Origin: Oceanivirga miroungae
Lineage (GTDB): Bacteria; Fusobacteriota; Fusobacteriia; Fusobacteriales; Leptotrichiaceae
Length of the DNA stretch: 64,000 nucleotides
Direction of reading: 5' to 3'
Assembly (NCBI RefSeq): GCF_902505095.1
Contig: NZ_CABWIB010000001.1
Coordinates: 570,688-634,687 of the forward strand
Shown here: positions 30,217 through 43,841 of the stretch, one piece after another
How the letters are laid out: each line of letters begins with the position of its first letter
How positions within the stretch are numbered: the first letter of the stretch is position 1
Notes under the pieces: model-generated
The model's database searches: none
The model's input: only the letters and a program-made list of their open reading frames with translations
Told to the model about the DNA's origin: nothing
Translations under genes and position numbers: made by a program

Positions 30217-31563
30217 ATGAAAAAAATAATAACTATATTTACATTTTTAATTTCAGTATCACTTATAGCAGGGCCTAAGGCTGATTTAGAAAAAGCAAGT
30301 AAATTAATTTCTGAAAATAAAGAAAAGGAAGCGATAAGCTTACTTGAAAAAACAAAACCGGTAAAAGGTGAAGAAAATGAATATGAACAAATAAATTACG
30401 CATTAGCTGCAAATTATATTAGTAAAAATGATGAAGATAATGCAAAAAAATATTTCCAAAAAATAAGTGATAATAAAAATTCTAAATCAGATATAGCAAA
30501 AGGTGCCGATCAATATTTAATGGCGTTAGCTAGTGATGATAGTGGAAAAATATTATATTTAGAAAGATTAAGTGAAAGATTTGATAATAAGAATTATGAA
30601 ATTTTATCTGAACTAAATGCATACTATGTCTTAAATAAACTTGATGAAAAAGCATCAAGCTTAAATAAAGTTATAAAAGAACAAGGTGAAAACTTTGAAG
30701 ATATTGTTAGTTTATTTACAGGAGAAGTTTTAGTACCACAAGATTTTGATTTAGCTAATACGTATATTAAAAAAGCATTAAAATCAAAAAATCCTAAAAT
30801 ACAAATAGAAGCTCACATACTTTTAGCAAGTTACTATTTAGCTAAAAAAGATTACAAAAAAGTAGAAGAAGAAGTTAATCTTGCTGAAAAAATAAATCCA
30901 AGTGACGCGATGTTATTAGCAAGAATTGGTGATATTTATAAATCAATGGGAAATGAAAATAAAAACTATGAATATCTAAAAAAAGCATATAAATTAGATT
31001 CTAAGCAATTATCTATAGTTATCGCACTAATTGAAAGTAGCTATGATAGAAATGATAAAAAGGATCAGAATGTATGGTCTGGAGTTGCAAGAAACTTAAA
31101 TAAAGATGTAAATGATTTAGAACTTGCTAAATTATTTATGCAAAAAGAAAAAATAGAATTAGCTAAAGAATTTGCAATAAAAGCATCTAAAGAAAATAAT
31201 GAAGCCAACTATTTATTATTTGTTATATACATAAACGAATATAACAAAGAAGAAATGTTAAAATATGCAGATAAAATATTAAAAACAGGAACAGATGAAG
31301 AAAAATTAGCTGTTACAGTTGTTAAAAATAACCCAGAATTAGCTTTATCTGAAATAGCATACTCTAATGGTAATTTAAATAAATCTTTAGAGTTTGCAAA
31401 AAAAGCTGCTAAGAAAAATCATGAAGCTGATTTAATGTTAGCTCAAATTTATATAAAATTAGGTGATATAAATGAAGCTAAAAAATATTTAGAATCATCA
31501 GTTAAAAATAAAGTAAATGTAAAAGAAGCTAAGTCGATTTTAGACAAATTAAATGAGAGATAG
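30217..31563 (+). CDS. TPR-repeat lipoprotein/exported protein
   Basis: Signal peptide MKKIITIFTFLISVSLIAG, multiple TPR-like repeats. ATG 30217 after GAGGAGG. Confidence 0.65.
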   Translation: MKKIITIFTFLISVSLIAGPKADLEKASKLISENKEKEAISLLEKTKPVKGEENEYEQINYALAANYISKNDEDNAKKYFQKISDNKNSKSDIAKGADQYLMALASDDSGKILYLERLSERFDNKNYEILSELNAYYVLNKLDEKASSLNKVIKEQGENFEDIVSLFTGEVLVPQDFDLANTYIKKALKSKNPKIQIEAHILLASYYLAKKDYKKVEEEVNLAEKINPSDAMLLARIGDIYKSMGNENKNYEYLKKAYKLDSKQLSIVIALIESSYDRNDKKDQNVWSGVARNLNKDVNDLELAKLFMQKEKIELAKEFAIKASKENNEANYLLFVIYINEYNKEEMLKYADKILKTGTDEEKLAVTVVKNNPELALSEIAYSNGNLNKSLEFAKKAAKKNHEADLMLAQIYIKLGDINEAKKYLESSVKNKVNVKEAKSILDKLNER

Positions 31564-31571
31564 GAAATATT

Positions 31572-32429
31572 ATGCAAAAAATATCAAAAAAAGAAATCAA
31601 TAGTATTTTAATATCAATTTTAATAATAGTAATTGCTGCAATTTTTTATGCAAATACTTATACAGTTGTAACTGGAGAGGTAGCTATAATTTCTGACTTC
31701 GGGAAAGTTTCAAAAGTAGAATTAGCTGGAATCCATTTTAAAATTCCTTTTGTACAAGAAAAAGTAAATCTTGAAACAAGAGAAAGAACATATTTATTTA
31801 CAAAACCAGGGTATTTTAGAACTTTTGATAAAGTTGAAATTGATACAGATAATTCAATAACAGTAAGTACAAAAGATATACAATCGGTAAATATAGAATT
31901 AACAGTTCAAATAAGTGTAACAGATCCAATGATGCTTTATAAATCATTTAGAGGTATGCATGAAGAAAGATTTATAAGACCAAGAGTAAGAGAAATTGTA
32001 CAAGCTACCATAGCTAAATATACAATAGAAGAGTTTATATCAAAAAGAACAGAAATATCTGCTATAATTTATAATAATCTTAAAGATGATTTCAAAGAAT
32101 ACGGATTATCTGTATCTAATATATCAATAGTAAATCACGATTTTTCTGACGAATATGAACAAGCTATTGAGCAAAAAAAAGTAGCTGAACAAGCTGTTGA
32201 AAAAGCAAAAGCTGAACAAGAAAAGTTAGCAGTTGAAGCTGCAAATAGAGTTAAGTTAGCTGAATTTAAGTTAAAGGAAAAAACATTACAAGCAGAAGCA
32301 AACTTAGTTGAATCTAAATCATTAACACCTCAATTTCTAGAAAAAATGAAAATAGAAAAATGGGATGGAGTGCTACCTAAAGTACAAGGAGACACTAAGA
32401 CAATATTGCCTGAAAGTTTATTAAAATAA
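31572..32429 (+). CDS. SPFH/band-7 (HflC/prohibitin-like) membrane protein
   Basis: N-terminal TM, SPFH core, C-terminal coiled coil (EQAIEQKKVAEQAVEKAKAEQEK). Confidence 0.8.
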   Translation: MQKISKKEINSILISILIIVIAAIFYANTYTVVTGEVAIISDFGKVSKVELAGIHFKIPFVQEKVNLETRERTYLFTKPGYFRTFDKVEIDTDNSITVSTKDIQSVNIELTVQISVTDPMMLYKSFRGMHEERFIRPRVREIVQATIAKYTIEEFISKRTEISAIIYNNLKDDFKEYGLSVSNISIVNHDFSDEYEQAIEQKKVAEQAVEKAKAEQEKLAVEAANRVKLAEFKLKEKTLQAEANLVESKSLTPQFLEKMKIEKWDGVLPKVQGDTKTILPESLLK

Positions 32430-32440
32430 AGAAAAATAGA

Positions 32441-32472
32441 TAAGACCTGTTAGTTTTCTAATAGGTCTTTTT
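32441..32472 (+). terminator. rho-independent terminator
   Basis: AGACCT-...-AGGTCT hairpin + TTTT, directly abutting the tRNA promoter -35. Confidence 0.55.
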
Positions 32473-32474
32473 AC

Positions 32475-32503
32475 TTGACAATAAGAGTAAAATAATTTAA
32501 AAT
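32475..32503 (+). promoter_or_regulatory. tRNA-Leu promoter (TTGACA-17-TAAAAT)
   Basis: TTGACA 32475-32480, 17-nt spacer, TAAAAT 32498-32503, ~14 nt before the tRNA 5' end. Confidence 0.5.
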
Positions 32504-32517
32504 AATTTATAGAAGTT

Positions 32518-32601
32518 GCCTGGGTGGCGAAATGGTAAACGCATCAGACTCAAAATCTGACGGAGTCATCCTTAAGGGTTCAAGTCCCTTCCTAGGCACC
32601 A
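32518..32601 (+). tRNA. tRNA-Leu (anticodon CAA), class II with long variable arm, CCA encoded
   Basis: Acceptor GCCTGGG/CCTAGGC, D-arm GCGAAATGGTAAACGC, anticodon stem-loop TCAGA-CTCAAAA-TCTGA, long variable arm, T-arm GGGTTCAAGTCCCTT, 3' ACCA. Confidence 0.9.
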
Positions 32602-32626
32602 TTTTTATTATATAGAGGAGAAAAAT

Positions 32627-33415
32627 ATGAAAAAATTGGATTTAAGTTTAACAAAAGAAGAATTAACTAAGTTAAATTATGAAAAAAACGCCATAAGAAA
32701 TTTATTAGTTTCAAGGGCAATATATAACGAAAGTTTAGAATATGAATTTACAAAAGAAGAGCAAAATATACTTGATTTATATATAGAAAACGAAAAAATT
32801 ACAATATATTTAAAACAAGAAGCAGAAACAAAAATGATGATTAATGAAAATCAAATAATAGATGCTTACAATGCAAATAAAAGTTTTTTTGAAGAAAACA
32901 AAATGTCATTTAAAGAAGCTCATGAAATGATAAAAGAACAGTTAAAAGAATCTTTATTTGAAAAATTAGCAAATGAATTTATTTCTGAGATAGTACTTAA
33001 AATGGACGATTCAGTTACTTTAACAAAAGATGAAATACTAGCAACAAAAGGCGATGCTAATAACATTAAACAAGTATTACAAAATAAAATAATAAAAGAA
33101 TATGCATTAAAAAACAATTTCTACAAAGAAAATGAAGAAGCTCTAGACTTAGTTGCAAGTGATATTAGAATAAATTATTATACTTCAGTAATCAATTCAA
33201 AAGATATACAAGTTTCAAATGAAGAAATAGATAAAGTTTATGAAGAAAATAAGGAAGCATTTGAAAATGTAGAATTTGATAAGGCAAAAGAAATGATAGC
33301 GATTAGATTAGCTAATGAAAAAGTTGCTGCAAAAACTCAAGAATATGCACAAATGCTGATTGAAAAATATGATATTGATAAAAAAGTAGAAGAGATTTTA
33401 AATGATAGAATATAA
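32627..33415 (+). CDS. hypothetical protein (SurA-N/PpiD-like chaperone fold?)
   Basis: 262 aa, K/E-rich helical; no signal peptide. Weak call. Confidence 0.4.
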   Translation: MKKLDLSLTKEELTKLNYEKNAIRNLLVSRAIYNESLEYEFTKEEQNILDLYIENEKITIYLKQEAETKMMINENQIIDAYNANKSFFEENKMSFKEAHEMIKEQLKESLFEKLANEFISEIVLKMDDSVTLTKDEILATKGDANNIKQVLQNKIIKEYALKNNFYKENEEALDLVASDIRINYYTSVINSKDIQVSNEEIDKVYEENKEAFENVEFDKAKEMIAIRLANEKVAAKTQEYAQMLIEKYDIDKKVEEILNDRI

Positions 33416-34103
33416 AAATCGTGAACTATGGACATATTTTTTTACTAAACCAAGATCTTACTATAATAAATATATGTATGAAATGGTGAACTATCCAGAT
33501 TATCTAATATTTGATAGAGAAGAAATTGAAAATAATAAAAGTAAGTGGAACGAAGTATATGATAATAAAAATACAGATATTTATTTAGAAATAGGATCAG
33601 GAAGTGGGAATTTTTCCATAGAACTTGCTAAAAGAAATCCAAATGTAAATTTATTATGTGATGAATTAAGACTTAAAAGATTAGTTTATTCTGCAAGAAA
33701 AGCTAAGAAGGAAGATTTAAAAAATATTAAATATATTAAATATGATGCAAATAACTTAACTGATTTTTTATCAGAAAATGAAATATCAGGACTATATATA
33801 AATTTCCCAGACCCTTGGACAGGACAAGAACATAAAAGAATGTTAGGTGAGAAACTTTTAGAAAATTTAGATGTTGTTCTCAAAAAAAATGGGAAGATAT
33901 TTTTTAAAACAGACCATGATAATTATTATGAATCTGTAGTTGAGCTAATAAACAAATCAGATAAATATGAAATAGTTGTTAAAACAGATGATCTTTATTC
34001 AAATGAAAAATTACTAGAAAATAATATACAAACTGAATTTGAACATTTATTTATACATAAACTAAAAATTAAGATAAAATATATTGAAATAATTAAGTTG
34101 TAA
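33402..34103 (+). CDS. trmB: tRNA (guanine46-N7)-methyltransferase
   Basis: EIGSGSGNFSIELAKRNP...INFPDPW TrmB motifs. Confidence 0.85.
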   Translation: MIEYKNRELWTYFFTKPRSYYNKYMYEMVNYPDYLIFDREEIENNKSKWNEVYDNKNTDIYLEIGSGSGNFSIELAKRNPNVNLLCDELRLKRLVYSARKAKKEDLKNIKYIKYDANNLTDFLSENEISGLYINFPDPWTGQEHKRMLGEKLLENLDVVLKKNGKIFFKTDHDNYYESVVELINKSDKYEIVVKTDDLYSNEKLLENNIQTEFEHLFIHKLKIKIKYIEIIKL

Positions 34104-34111
34104 GGAAAAAA

Positions 34112-35729
34112 ATGGAAGTAATATTAAAAGAAGGTATAGATAGTAAATATAAAATAAAAGATTTTGCAATCTCGCCTTTAAACGAGGATATAATAACTGT
34201 TGGTGAAGATTTAATCTTTTTTACAAAGGATTTAAAACTTAAGAAAAAATTAACTAAAAAAATAGATTCTTGTGATTTGATTAAGTATATAAAAGAGGAA
34301 AATCAATTCTTTGCTTCCTCTACTTTTTATATAATAAATTCTAATAATAAAATATACAAATGTGATTCATCAAATATGAAAATATTAAATGAAGTTTTTG
34401 ATCCTAACATGGTAATAAATAGTATAAATGTTTCACTAAATGGTTTAGTTATTTATATAAATAATAGTAAAATTTATTGTTATGACACACTTTCTAAAAA
34501 ACTTAAAATTTCAAAAGAAATTAATATAGAAAAAAATGATGTTAGTAGTATATATATTAAAGATGAAAAATTAATACTAAAGGTTAGAAAATACAAAGAA
34601 GAAAAAAATCAAATAACAGTTTTTAAACTTGAAGATTTATCTGTAATATCTTCATTTCAAACAAATACAAATAACTTATACCTATTTTTAAGAGGAATAA
34701 ATCTATATCTAGCAAAATCAGATGGAGTTGTTGAAATATGGGATTTAATTTTAAATGAACTTTATGATTTTAAAAAGATATCAAATTCTAGAATAACATA
34801 TATTGAAAATGATGATGAGTGGATATATTTTGGAACATCATCAGGAGAATTAATAATAACTACAGATAAATTAGATGTTTTAAAAAGAGTTAAAATATTT
34901 AAACAAGAGATAAAAAAATTAGTATATAGTGAAGATAAACTATATGCACTTAGCCAAAACGGTCAAATAGTTCCAATTGTTTTAATAGATGAAGACGATA
35001 AAAATGTAGTAAATAGATTTATGAAAAGCTATAATATAAATAAGGAATACGAAGGTTTTTTTACAATAAAAAGAGTTATAGAAATAGAAAATTTTTTAAA
35101 AAAATTAAAACTAAAAGGTATTAGATATGCTCCATCAAATGATTTAATATTTAAAGCTCTAGAAACTAGTATAAGTGATAAAAAAGTATGTATTTTAGGA
35201 AAAGATCCATATTTTCAACCAAATGTTGCGACAGGTTTGGCATTTGAAGTTAGAAAAAAATCATGGGCAAGTGTTGAAATAAATGCATCTTTAAGAAATA
35301 TACTAAAGCTAATATACTACTCATATACAAATGATAGAAAAGAAATAAGAGAGATTAGAGATGAAATAGATAAAGGCAAATTTAAAATTCTGCCGCCTGA
35401 TAAGATTTTTTCATCTTGGGAAAAACAAGGTGTGCTGTTATTAAATACAGGGCTTACTGTTGAACTAAATAATGCGGGTTCTCATATATATTTTTGGGAA
35501 AAAATAACCAAAGATTTAATTAAATACATATCGAGTAAAAATAAAAATATTACATACCTACTGTGGGGAAAAGAAGCACAAAATTATGAAAAAGAAATAC
35601 AAAATGGGAATATAATAAAACATAATCACCCAGCAATATGTGGTAAGTTAGATAATGCTAATGATTTTCTAAATGGAGAATCATTTATTAAAACAATGAA
35701 TATAATTAATTGGTTAGGAGAAGAGAAAA

Positions 35730-35737
<8 letters not shown>
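34112..35737 (+). CDS. uracil-DNA glycosylase family-1-like domain fused to ~300-aa N-terminal repeat (beta-propeller-like) domain
   Basis: C-terminal half aligns with UNG: ILGKDPYFQPNVATGLAFEV (cf. [20 protein letters not shown]), SWEKQGVLLLNTGLTVE (cf. SWARQGVLLLNTVLTVR), YLLWGKEAQ, HNHPAICG (cf. HPSPLS). Confidence 0.65.
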
Positions 35738-39189
<3,452 letters not shown>

Positions 39190-39190
39190 A

Positions 39191-39880
39191 ATGATGATGA
39201 GATTTGAAACTTTTTCAAAATTTCATTTAGAACTAATTATATATGCACTATTAGTATTTTTTGTATTCTATGTTATACATAGCTATATTCCTGATAATAA
39301 ATTACAAGTATATACAATAATTTTAGGAGTATTTGTACTAATTTTAAAAATATTCGATTCACTTAATTTACATTATACAGAATTAAAGCCGTGGACGATA
39401 TTACTACCATTACATATTTGTAATATTTCGTTAATAGCAGGAGCGATATTTTTAATAACAAAAAAAGAAGTATTTTTCAATATTTTATATTTTTTATCAT
39501 TTGGTGCAATAATTGCAATGGCAGTTCCTGATTGGAATACATATAATACATTCTATTATCCGTATCTATATTTCACAACACATATTATGGAATATATTAT
39601 ACTGTATTTAGGATTTAGTAGAATGAAAATTAGAATAGATAGAAAAAAATATTATGTAGTTTTAGTTATAATCTTATTTATTATGATTATATCAAGCTAT
39701 GTAAATACACTAAGTAGTGAACTTAATTTTATGTTTTTAAAAACATATGCAATAGAGTCACTATCATTTATTAAATCAATTTGGTTATATAGAATACTTG
39801 TTGTGTTTGTATACTTTTTACAAACATATGTAATGTATCTATTATTTATATATATTAAAAAAAAAAGAAAAGAGGATTAG
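39191..39880 (+). CDS. integral membrane protein (hypothetical)
   Basis: ATG 39191 after GAGGAGGAT; about 6 predicted TM helices. Confidence 0.5.
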   Translation: MMMRFETFSKFHLELIIYALLVFFVFYVIHSYIPDNKLQVYTIILGVFVLILKIFDSLNLHYTELKPWTILLPLHICNISLIAGAIFLITKKEVFFNILYFLSFGAIIAMAVPDWNTYNTFYYPYLYFTTHIMEYIILYLGFSRMKIRIDRKKYYVVLVIILFIMIISSYVNTLSSELNFMFLKTYAIESLSFIKSIWLYRILVVFVYFLQTYVMYLLFIYIKKKRKED

Positions 39881-39884
39881 ATTA

Positions 39885-40889
39885 ATGACAAAAACGTACA
39901 TACCAAAAGACTACAAACCAATGTTTAACATATTAGAAATGGAAATCGCTATTAAACATATTAAAGATTTTTTTGAAGTTGAACTAGCAAAGACACTAAA
40001 TTTAACAAGAATATCAGCTCCTTTATTTGTTGAAAGAGAAACAGGGCTTAATGATAATTTAAGTGGAACTGAAAGACCAGTTAATTTTGAAATGCTAGAT
40101 AATCCAAATAAAAATATAGAAATAGTGCATTCTTTAGCAAAATGGAAAAGAGATGCTCTAAAAAGATATGGTTTTAAAGAATACGAAGGAATATATACAG
40201 ATATGAACGCAATAAGACGTGACGAAATCTTAGATAATCTTCACTCTATTTACGTTGATCAATGGGATTGGGAAAAAATAATAAAAAAAGAAGATAGAAA
40301 TATAGAATATCTAAAAGAGACTGTGAAAAAAATATATAAAGTATTTTTAAAAACAGAAAAGATGCTACAAATAATATATGATGATTATGTACCATTTTTA
40401 GCTAATGAAATTAAGTTTATATCTTCAGAAGAATTATTACAAAAATACCCAGATAAATCTCAAAAAGAACGTGAAAATTTAATAGCCAAAGAATATAAGG
40501 CTGTATTTATAACTCAAATTGGTGATAAATTATCTGATGGGTATAAACATGATGATAGAGCTCCTGATTATGATGATTGGTCACTAAATGGTGATATAAT
40601 AGTATACAACGAAGTTTTAGATAGCGCTTTTGAATTATCGTCTATGGGAATAAGAGTAGATAAAGATAAGTTAATAGATCAATTAGAAAAAGCAAATATA
40701 AGTGAAAAAACAAAATATCATAATATGATAATAAATGAAGAATTACCTTTAACAATGGGTGGAGGAATAGGTCAAAGTAGAATATGTATGCTATTTTTAA
40801 AAACAGCACATATAGGTGAAGTACAAGCTTCTATATGGAATGATGAAATTGAAGAAGATTGTAAGAAAAATAATATAAATTTATTATAG
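39885..40889 (+). CDS. asnA: aspartate--ammonia ligase (asparagine synthetase A)
   Basis: AsnA family (class II aaRS-like): EMEIAIKHIKDFFEVELAKTLNLTRISAPLFV..., GGGIGQSRICMLFL. Confidence 0.85.
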   Translation: MTKTYIPKDYKPMFNILEMEIAIKHIKDFFEVELAKTLNLTRISAPLFVERETGLNDNLSGTERPVNFEMLDNPNKNIEIVHSLAKWKRDALKRYGFKEYEGIYTDMNAIRRDEILDNLHSIYVDQWDWEKIIKKEDRNIEYLKETVKKIYKVFLKTEKMLQIIYDDYVPFLANEIKFISSEELLQKYPDKSQKERENLIAKEYKAVFITQIGDKLSDGYKHDDRAPDYDDWSLNGDIIVYNEVLDSAFELSSMGIRVDKDKLIDQLEKANISEKTKYHNMIINEELPLTMGGGIGQSRICMLFLKTAHIGEVQASIWNDEIEEDCKKNNINLL

Positions 40890-40897
40890 GGAAAATT

Positions 40898-41566
40898 ATG
40901 GGAAAACTAATTATAATAGAAGGAACTGATGCAAGTGGAAAGCAAACACAGACAGAACTTCTATATCAAAATTTATTAAATCAGGGTAGAAAAGTAATAA
41001 AAATATCTTTTCCGAATTATGAAAGTAATGCTTCATATCCTGTGAAAATGTTTTTAAATGGAGAATTTGGGAATATAGATGATATTTCATACTACGCAAG
41101 TTCTAGCTTTTATGCTATCGATAGATATGCATCCTATAAAAAAGAATGGGAAAAACTATATAATGATGGGTATATAGTGATTTCTGATAGATATACAATT
41201 TCAAATATAATACATCAGGGAAATAGAATAAAAGACAAAGATGAATTTAATAGATTCTGTGATTGGATACTTGATTTAGAATGGAACAAGTACGGTATAC
41301 CAAAACCAGACATGGTTATTTATTTAGATGTCCCTTATGAAATATCAAATAGACTTATGAAGGATAGATTAAATAAAATAAATGGAAATGAAAAAAAAGA
41401 TATTTTAGAATCAGATGAAAATCAAAAAATTCGTGCATATAGAGTTGCAAAAGAAATTGCAAAAAAATATGAATTTAATATTATAAATTGCACAGAAAAT
41501 GATAATTTAAGAAAATTAGGTGAAATATCAAATGATATTTTAAGTGAAGTAGAGAAAATACTTTAA
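40898..41566 (+). CDS. thymidylate-kinase-like nucleoside monophosphate kinase
   Basis: Tmk-like fold (IIIEGTDASGKQTQ...FPNY...DRY LID). P-loop reads GKQT instead of the canonical GK[ST]T. Confidence 0.6.
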   Translation: MGKLIIIEGTDASGKQTQTELLYQNLLNQGRKVIKISFPNYESNASYPVKMFLNGEFGNIDDISYYASSSFYAIDRYASYKKEWEKLYNDGYIVISDRYTISNIIHQGNRIKDKDEFNRFCDWILDLEWNKYGIPKPDMVIYLDVPYEISNRLMKDRLNKINGNEKKDILESDENQKIRAYRVAKEIAKKYEFNIINCTENDNLRKLGEISNDILSEVEKIL

Positions 41567-41570
41567 GAAA

Positions 41571-42293
41571 ATGGGTATTAGTTTACCCATTTTTTTAAAA
41601 TTTAAAAATTGGAGGTATATAACTTTGGATAGATTAAAAAAACTAACAATACTATCATCTATTTGGAATTTAGTAATATTTTTATTACTATTTTTCCAAT
41701 CAAGTATAATATTTGAAATAGTAAGAGAAAACCTATTTCCGTCATTAAAATTTATAAAACCATTATTTGATGATAAAATTATTTCATTTATTAAATCACA
41801 AATCATATTAACTATCATAACCATAGTGATTATGATTTTAGTAGAGATTGTACTTTTTTTTGTAATAAATACGATACTACAAAAAAAATATAATAAATAT
41901 ATAAATTTTAAATACTATAAATATCTTAATATATATTTTATTATATCTATACTAATTCTATTGTTTACTATAGGATATTATTCAATAAATATATTAAATC
42001 ACTATAATGGAATTTATTTTAATATGAATAATAAGACATTAAACTCTATAATTGAAATTTTAAAAAATACAGAATTTACAAATATGGTAAATGTAGAAAC
42101 ATTTATTAATCTATCTATTGAAAAAATAAAAAATGATAGTGAAATATATAAGTTTGTAATAGAAGTTTTAAATTTTATTGACGCTATATACTATATAAAA
42201 TTAATTTTTTATAAACTATCATACATATTACTTGTATTTGGGATATATAAAAATATAAGAATATATTTAAGTATAGATGAGAAGGGAATGTAA
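41571..42293 (+). CDS. hypothetical membrane protein
   Basis: Multiple TM segments; start uncertain (TTG possible). Confidence 0.35.
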   Translation: MGISLPIFLKFKNWRYITLDRLKKLTILSSIWNLVIFLLLFFQSSIIFEIVRENLFPSLKFIKPLFDDKIISFIKSQIILTIITIVIMILVEIVLFFVINTILQKKYNKYINFKYYKYLNIYFIISILILLFTIGYYSINILNHYNGIYFNMNNKTLNSIIEILKNTEFTNMVNVETFINLSIEKIKNDSEIYKFVIEVLNFIDAIYYIKLIFYKLSYILLVFGIYKNIRIYLSIDEKGM

Positions 42294-42295
42294 GA

Positions 42296-42646
42296 ATGTT
42301 TAATTTTGGTGTTAAAAATTTGGAAATTACTGATGAAATAGTAGAATATTATAGAAATAATCCAAATGAATTAGATTTACTTATAGATAAAGAAGATTTT
42401 AATATAAGGTTTTTAAGTTACTTTTTTATTTTTGGATTAGCTATAACAATAGCTAGCAGAGTTATATCATTTTCTTTTTCTGACGTATTGGGAGAATTTA
42501 TAAATCATGTAGTACTAGATGTAACATCAGAGATGGGAATAGCAATATTTGGAGGATCTATTACTGCATATTTATTAGAATATTTACAGAAAAAACAATA
42601 TGAGGCAAACATAGCATATAGAAATGAAATAAAAAAAAGACTTTAA
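42296..42646 (+). CDS. hypothetical small membrane protein
   Basis: Two TM segments; no motif. Confidence 0.35.
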   Translation: MFNFGVKNLEITDEIVEYYRNNPNELDLLIDKEDFNIRFLSYFFIFGLAITIASRVISFSFSDVLGEFINHVVLDVTSEMGIAIFGGSITAYLLEYLQKKQYEANIAYRNEIKKRL

Positions 42647-42661
42647 TTTGATTTGATAAAC

Positions 42662-42690
42662 TTGAAAATTTAAAATTTATGGGGTATACT
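42662..42690 (+). promoter_or_regulatory. sigma70-like promoter (TTGAAA-17-TATACT)
   Basis: TTGAAA 42662-42667, 17-nt spacer, TATACT 42685-42690, 30 nt before the start of the BMP lipoprotein gene. Confidence 0.45.
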
Positions 42691-42719
42691 AAACTATATA
42701 AAAATATAGGAGGAATACA

Positions 42720-43736
42720 ATGAAAAAGTTATTTAAATTATTAACAAGTTTGTTAATGTTTACAGTGTTATTAGTTTCTTGTGGAACTGAAAAAAAAGAA
42801 GCTAAAAAAGCAGGGAAAGTTGCGATAGTATTTAGTACAGGTGGTTTAGGAGATAAATCATTTAATGATTCTGCTAATGAAGGATTATTAAAAGCTGCAA
42901 AAGAATTAAATGTAGAGTATGATTACTATGAACCAAAAGATGCAAGTTCTGAAACTAAGAATCAATTATCTAACTATGCAGAAAAGGGAGATTATGACAT
43001 GATATTTGCAATAGGTGCAACAGCACATGATGCATTATTAGAAGTTGCAAAAGAATTTCCTGAACAAAAATTCACTATAGTAGATTCAGAAGTAGATTTA
43101 CCAAATGTTGCGTCTATATTATTTAAAGAACAAGAAGGATCTTACTTAGTAGGTGCTTTATCAGCTATGATGACTAAAACAAACTCATTAGGATTTGTTG
43201 GAGGTATGGATATAGATGTTATTAAAAGATTCCAATCTGGATTTGAACAAGGTGCTAAAGCTGTAAATCCTGATATAAATATTACAGTTGTATTTGTAAA
43301 TGGATCTAATCCATTTAATGACCCAGTAACAGCTAAATCATTAACTACAACTATGATAGATAACAAAAAAACAGATATAATCTTCCCAGTTGCAGGAGGA
43401 AGTGGAGCAGGAGTTTTCCAAGCTGCTAAAGAAAAAGGTGTATTTGCATTAGGTGTTGACTTAGACCAAGATGGTATTATGCCAGGAATAATATTAACTT
43501 CAATGATTAAAAAAGTTAATGGTGCAGTGTATCAAATAGTTAAAGATGTTTTAAATGATAACTTTAAAACAGGTGTTAAACACTTAGGAATAGCTGAAGA
43601 AGGTGTTGCTACATCAGAATTTAAATATACTAAAGATATAATAGGTCAAGAAAAAATAGATAAGATAAATAAATTATCTAAAGATATTAAAGACGGTAAA
43701 GTTAAGGTTGAAGGTATTGAATACCTAAAAAAATAA
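42720..43736 (+). CDS. BMP-family (PnrA/Med-like) nucleoside-binding ABC substrate-binding lipoprotein
   Basis: Lipobox LLVSC; BMP family motifs KVAIVFSTGGLGDKSFND, FPVAGGSGAG. Confidence 0.8.
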   Translation: MKKLFKLLTSLLMFTVLLVSCGTEKKEAKKAGKVAIVFSTGGLGDKSFNDSANEGLLKAAKELNVEYDYYEPKDASSETKNQLSNYAEKGDYDMIFAIGATAHDALLEVAKEFPEQKFTIVDSEVDLPNVASILFKEQEGSYLVGALSAMMTKTNSLGFVGGMDIDVIKRFQSGFEQGAKAVNPDINITVVFVNGSNPFNDPVTAKSLTTTMIDNKKTDIIFPVAGGSGAGVFQAAKEKGVFALGVDLDQDGIMPGIILTSMIKKVNGAVYQIVKDVLNDNFKTGVKHLGIAEEGVATSEFKYTKDIIGQEKIDKINKLSKDIKDGKVKVEGIEYLKK

Positions 43737-43796
43737 TAGAATAAATTAGATAAAGAGCTTATGCTCTTTATCTACTTAGTCTTAAAATCTAAGAGA

Positions 43797-43830
43797 AACA
43801 ACAGAGACTACATTGTTGTTATTTTTTTTT
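43797..43830 (+). terminator. rho-independent terminator (second of two hairpins after the BMP gene)
   Basis: AACAACAG-...-TGTTGTT + T10. An additional perfect hairpin GATAAAGAGC-ttat-GCTCTTTATC lies at 43750-43773. Confidence 0.65.
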
Positions 43831-43841
43831 AAGGGGAGTAT

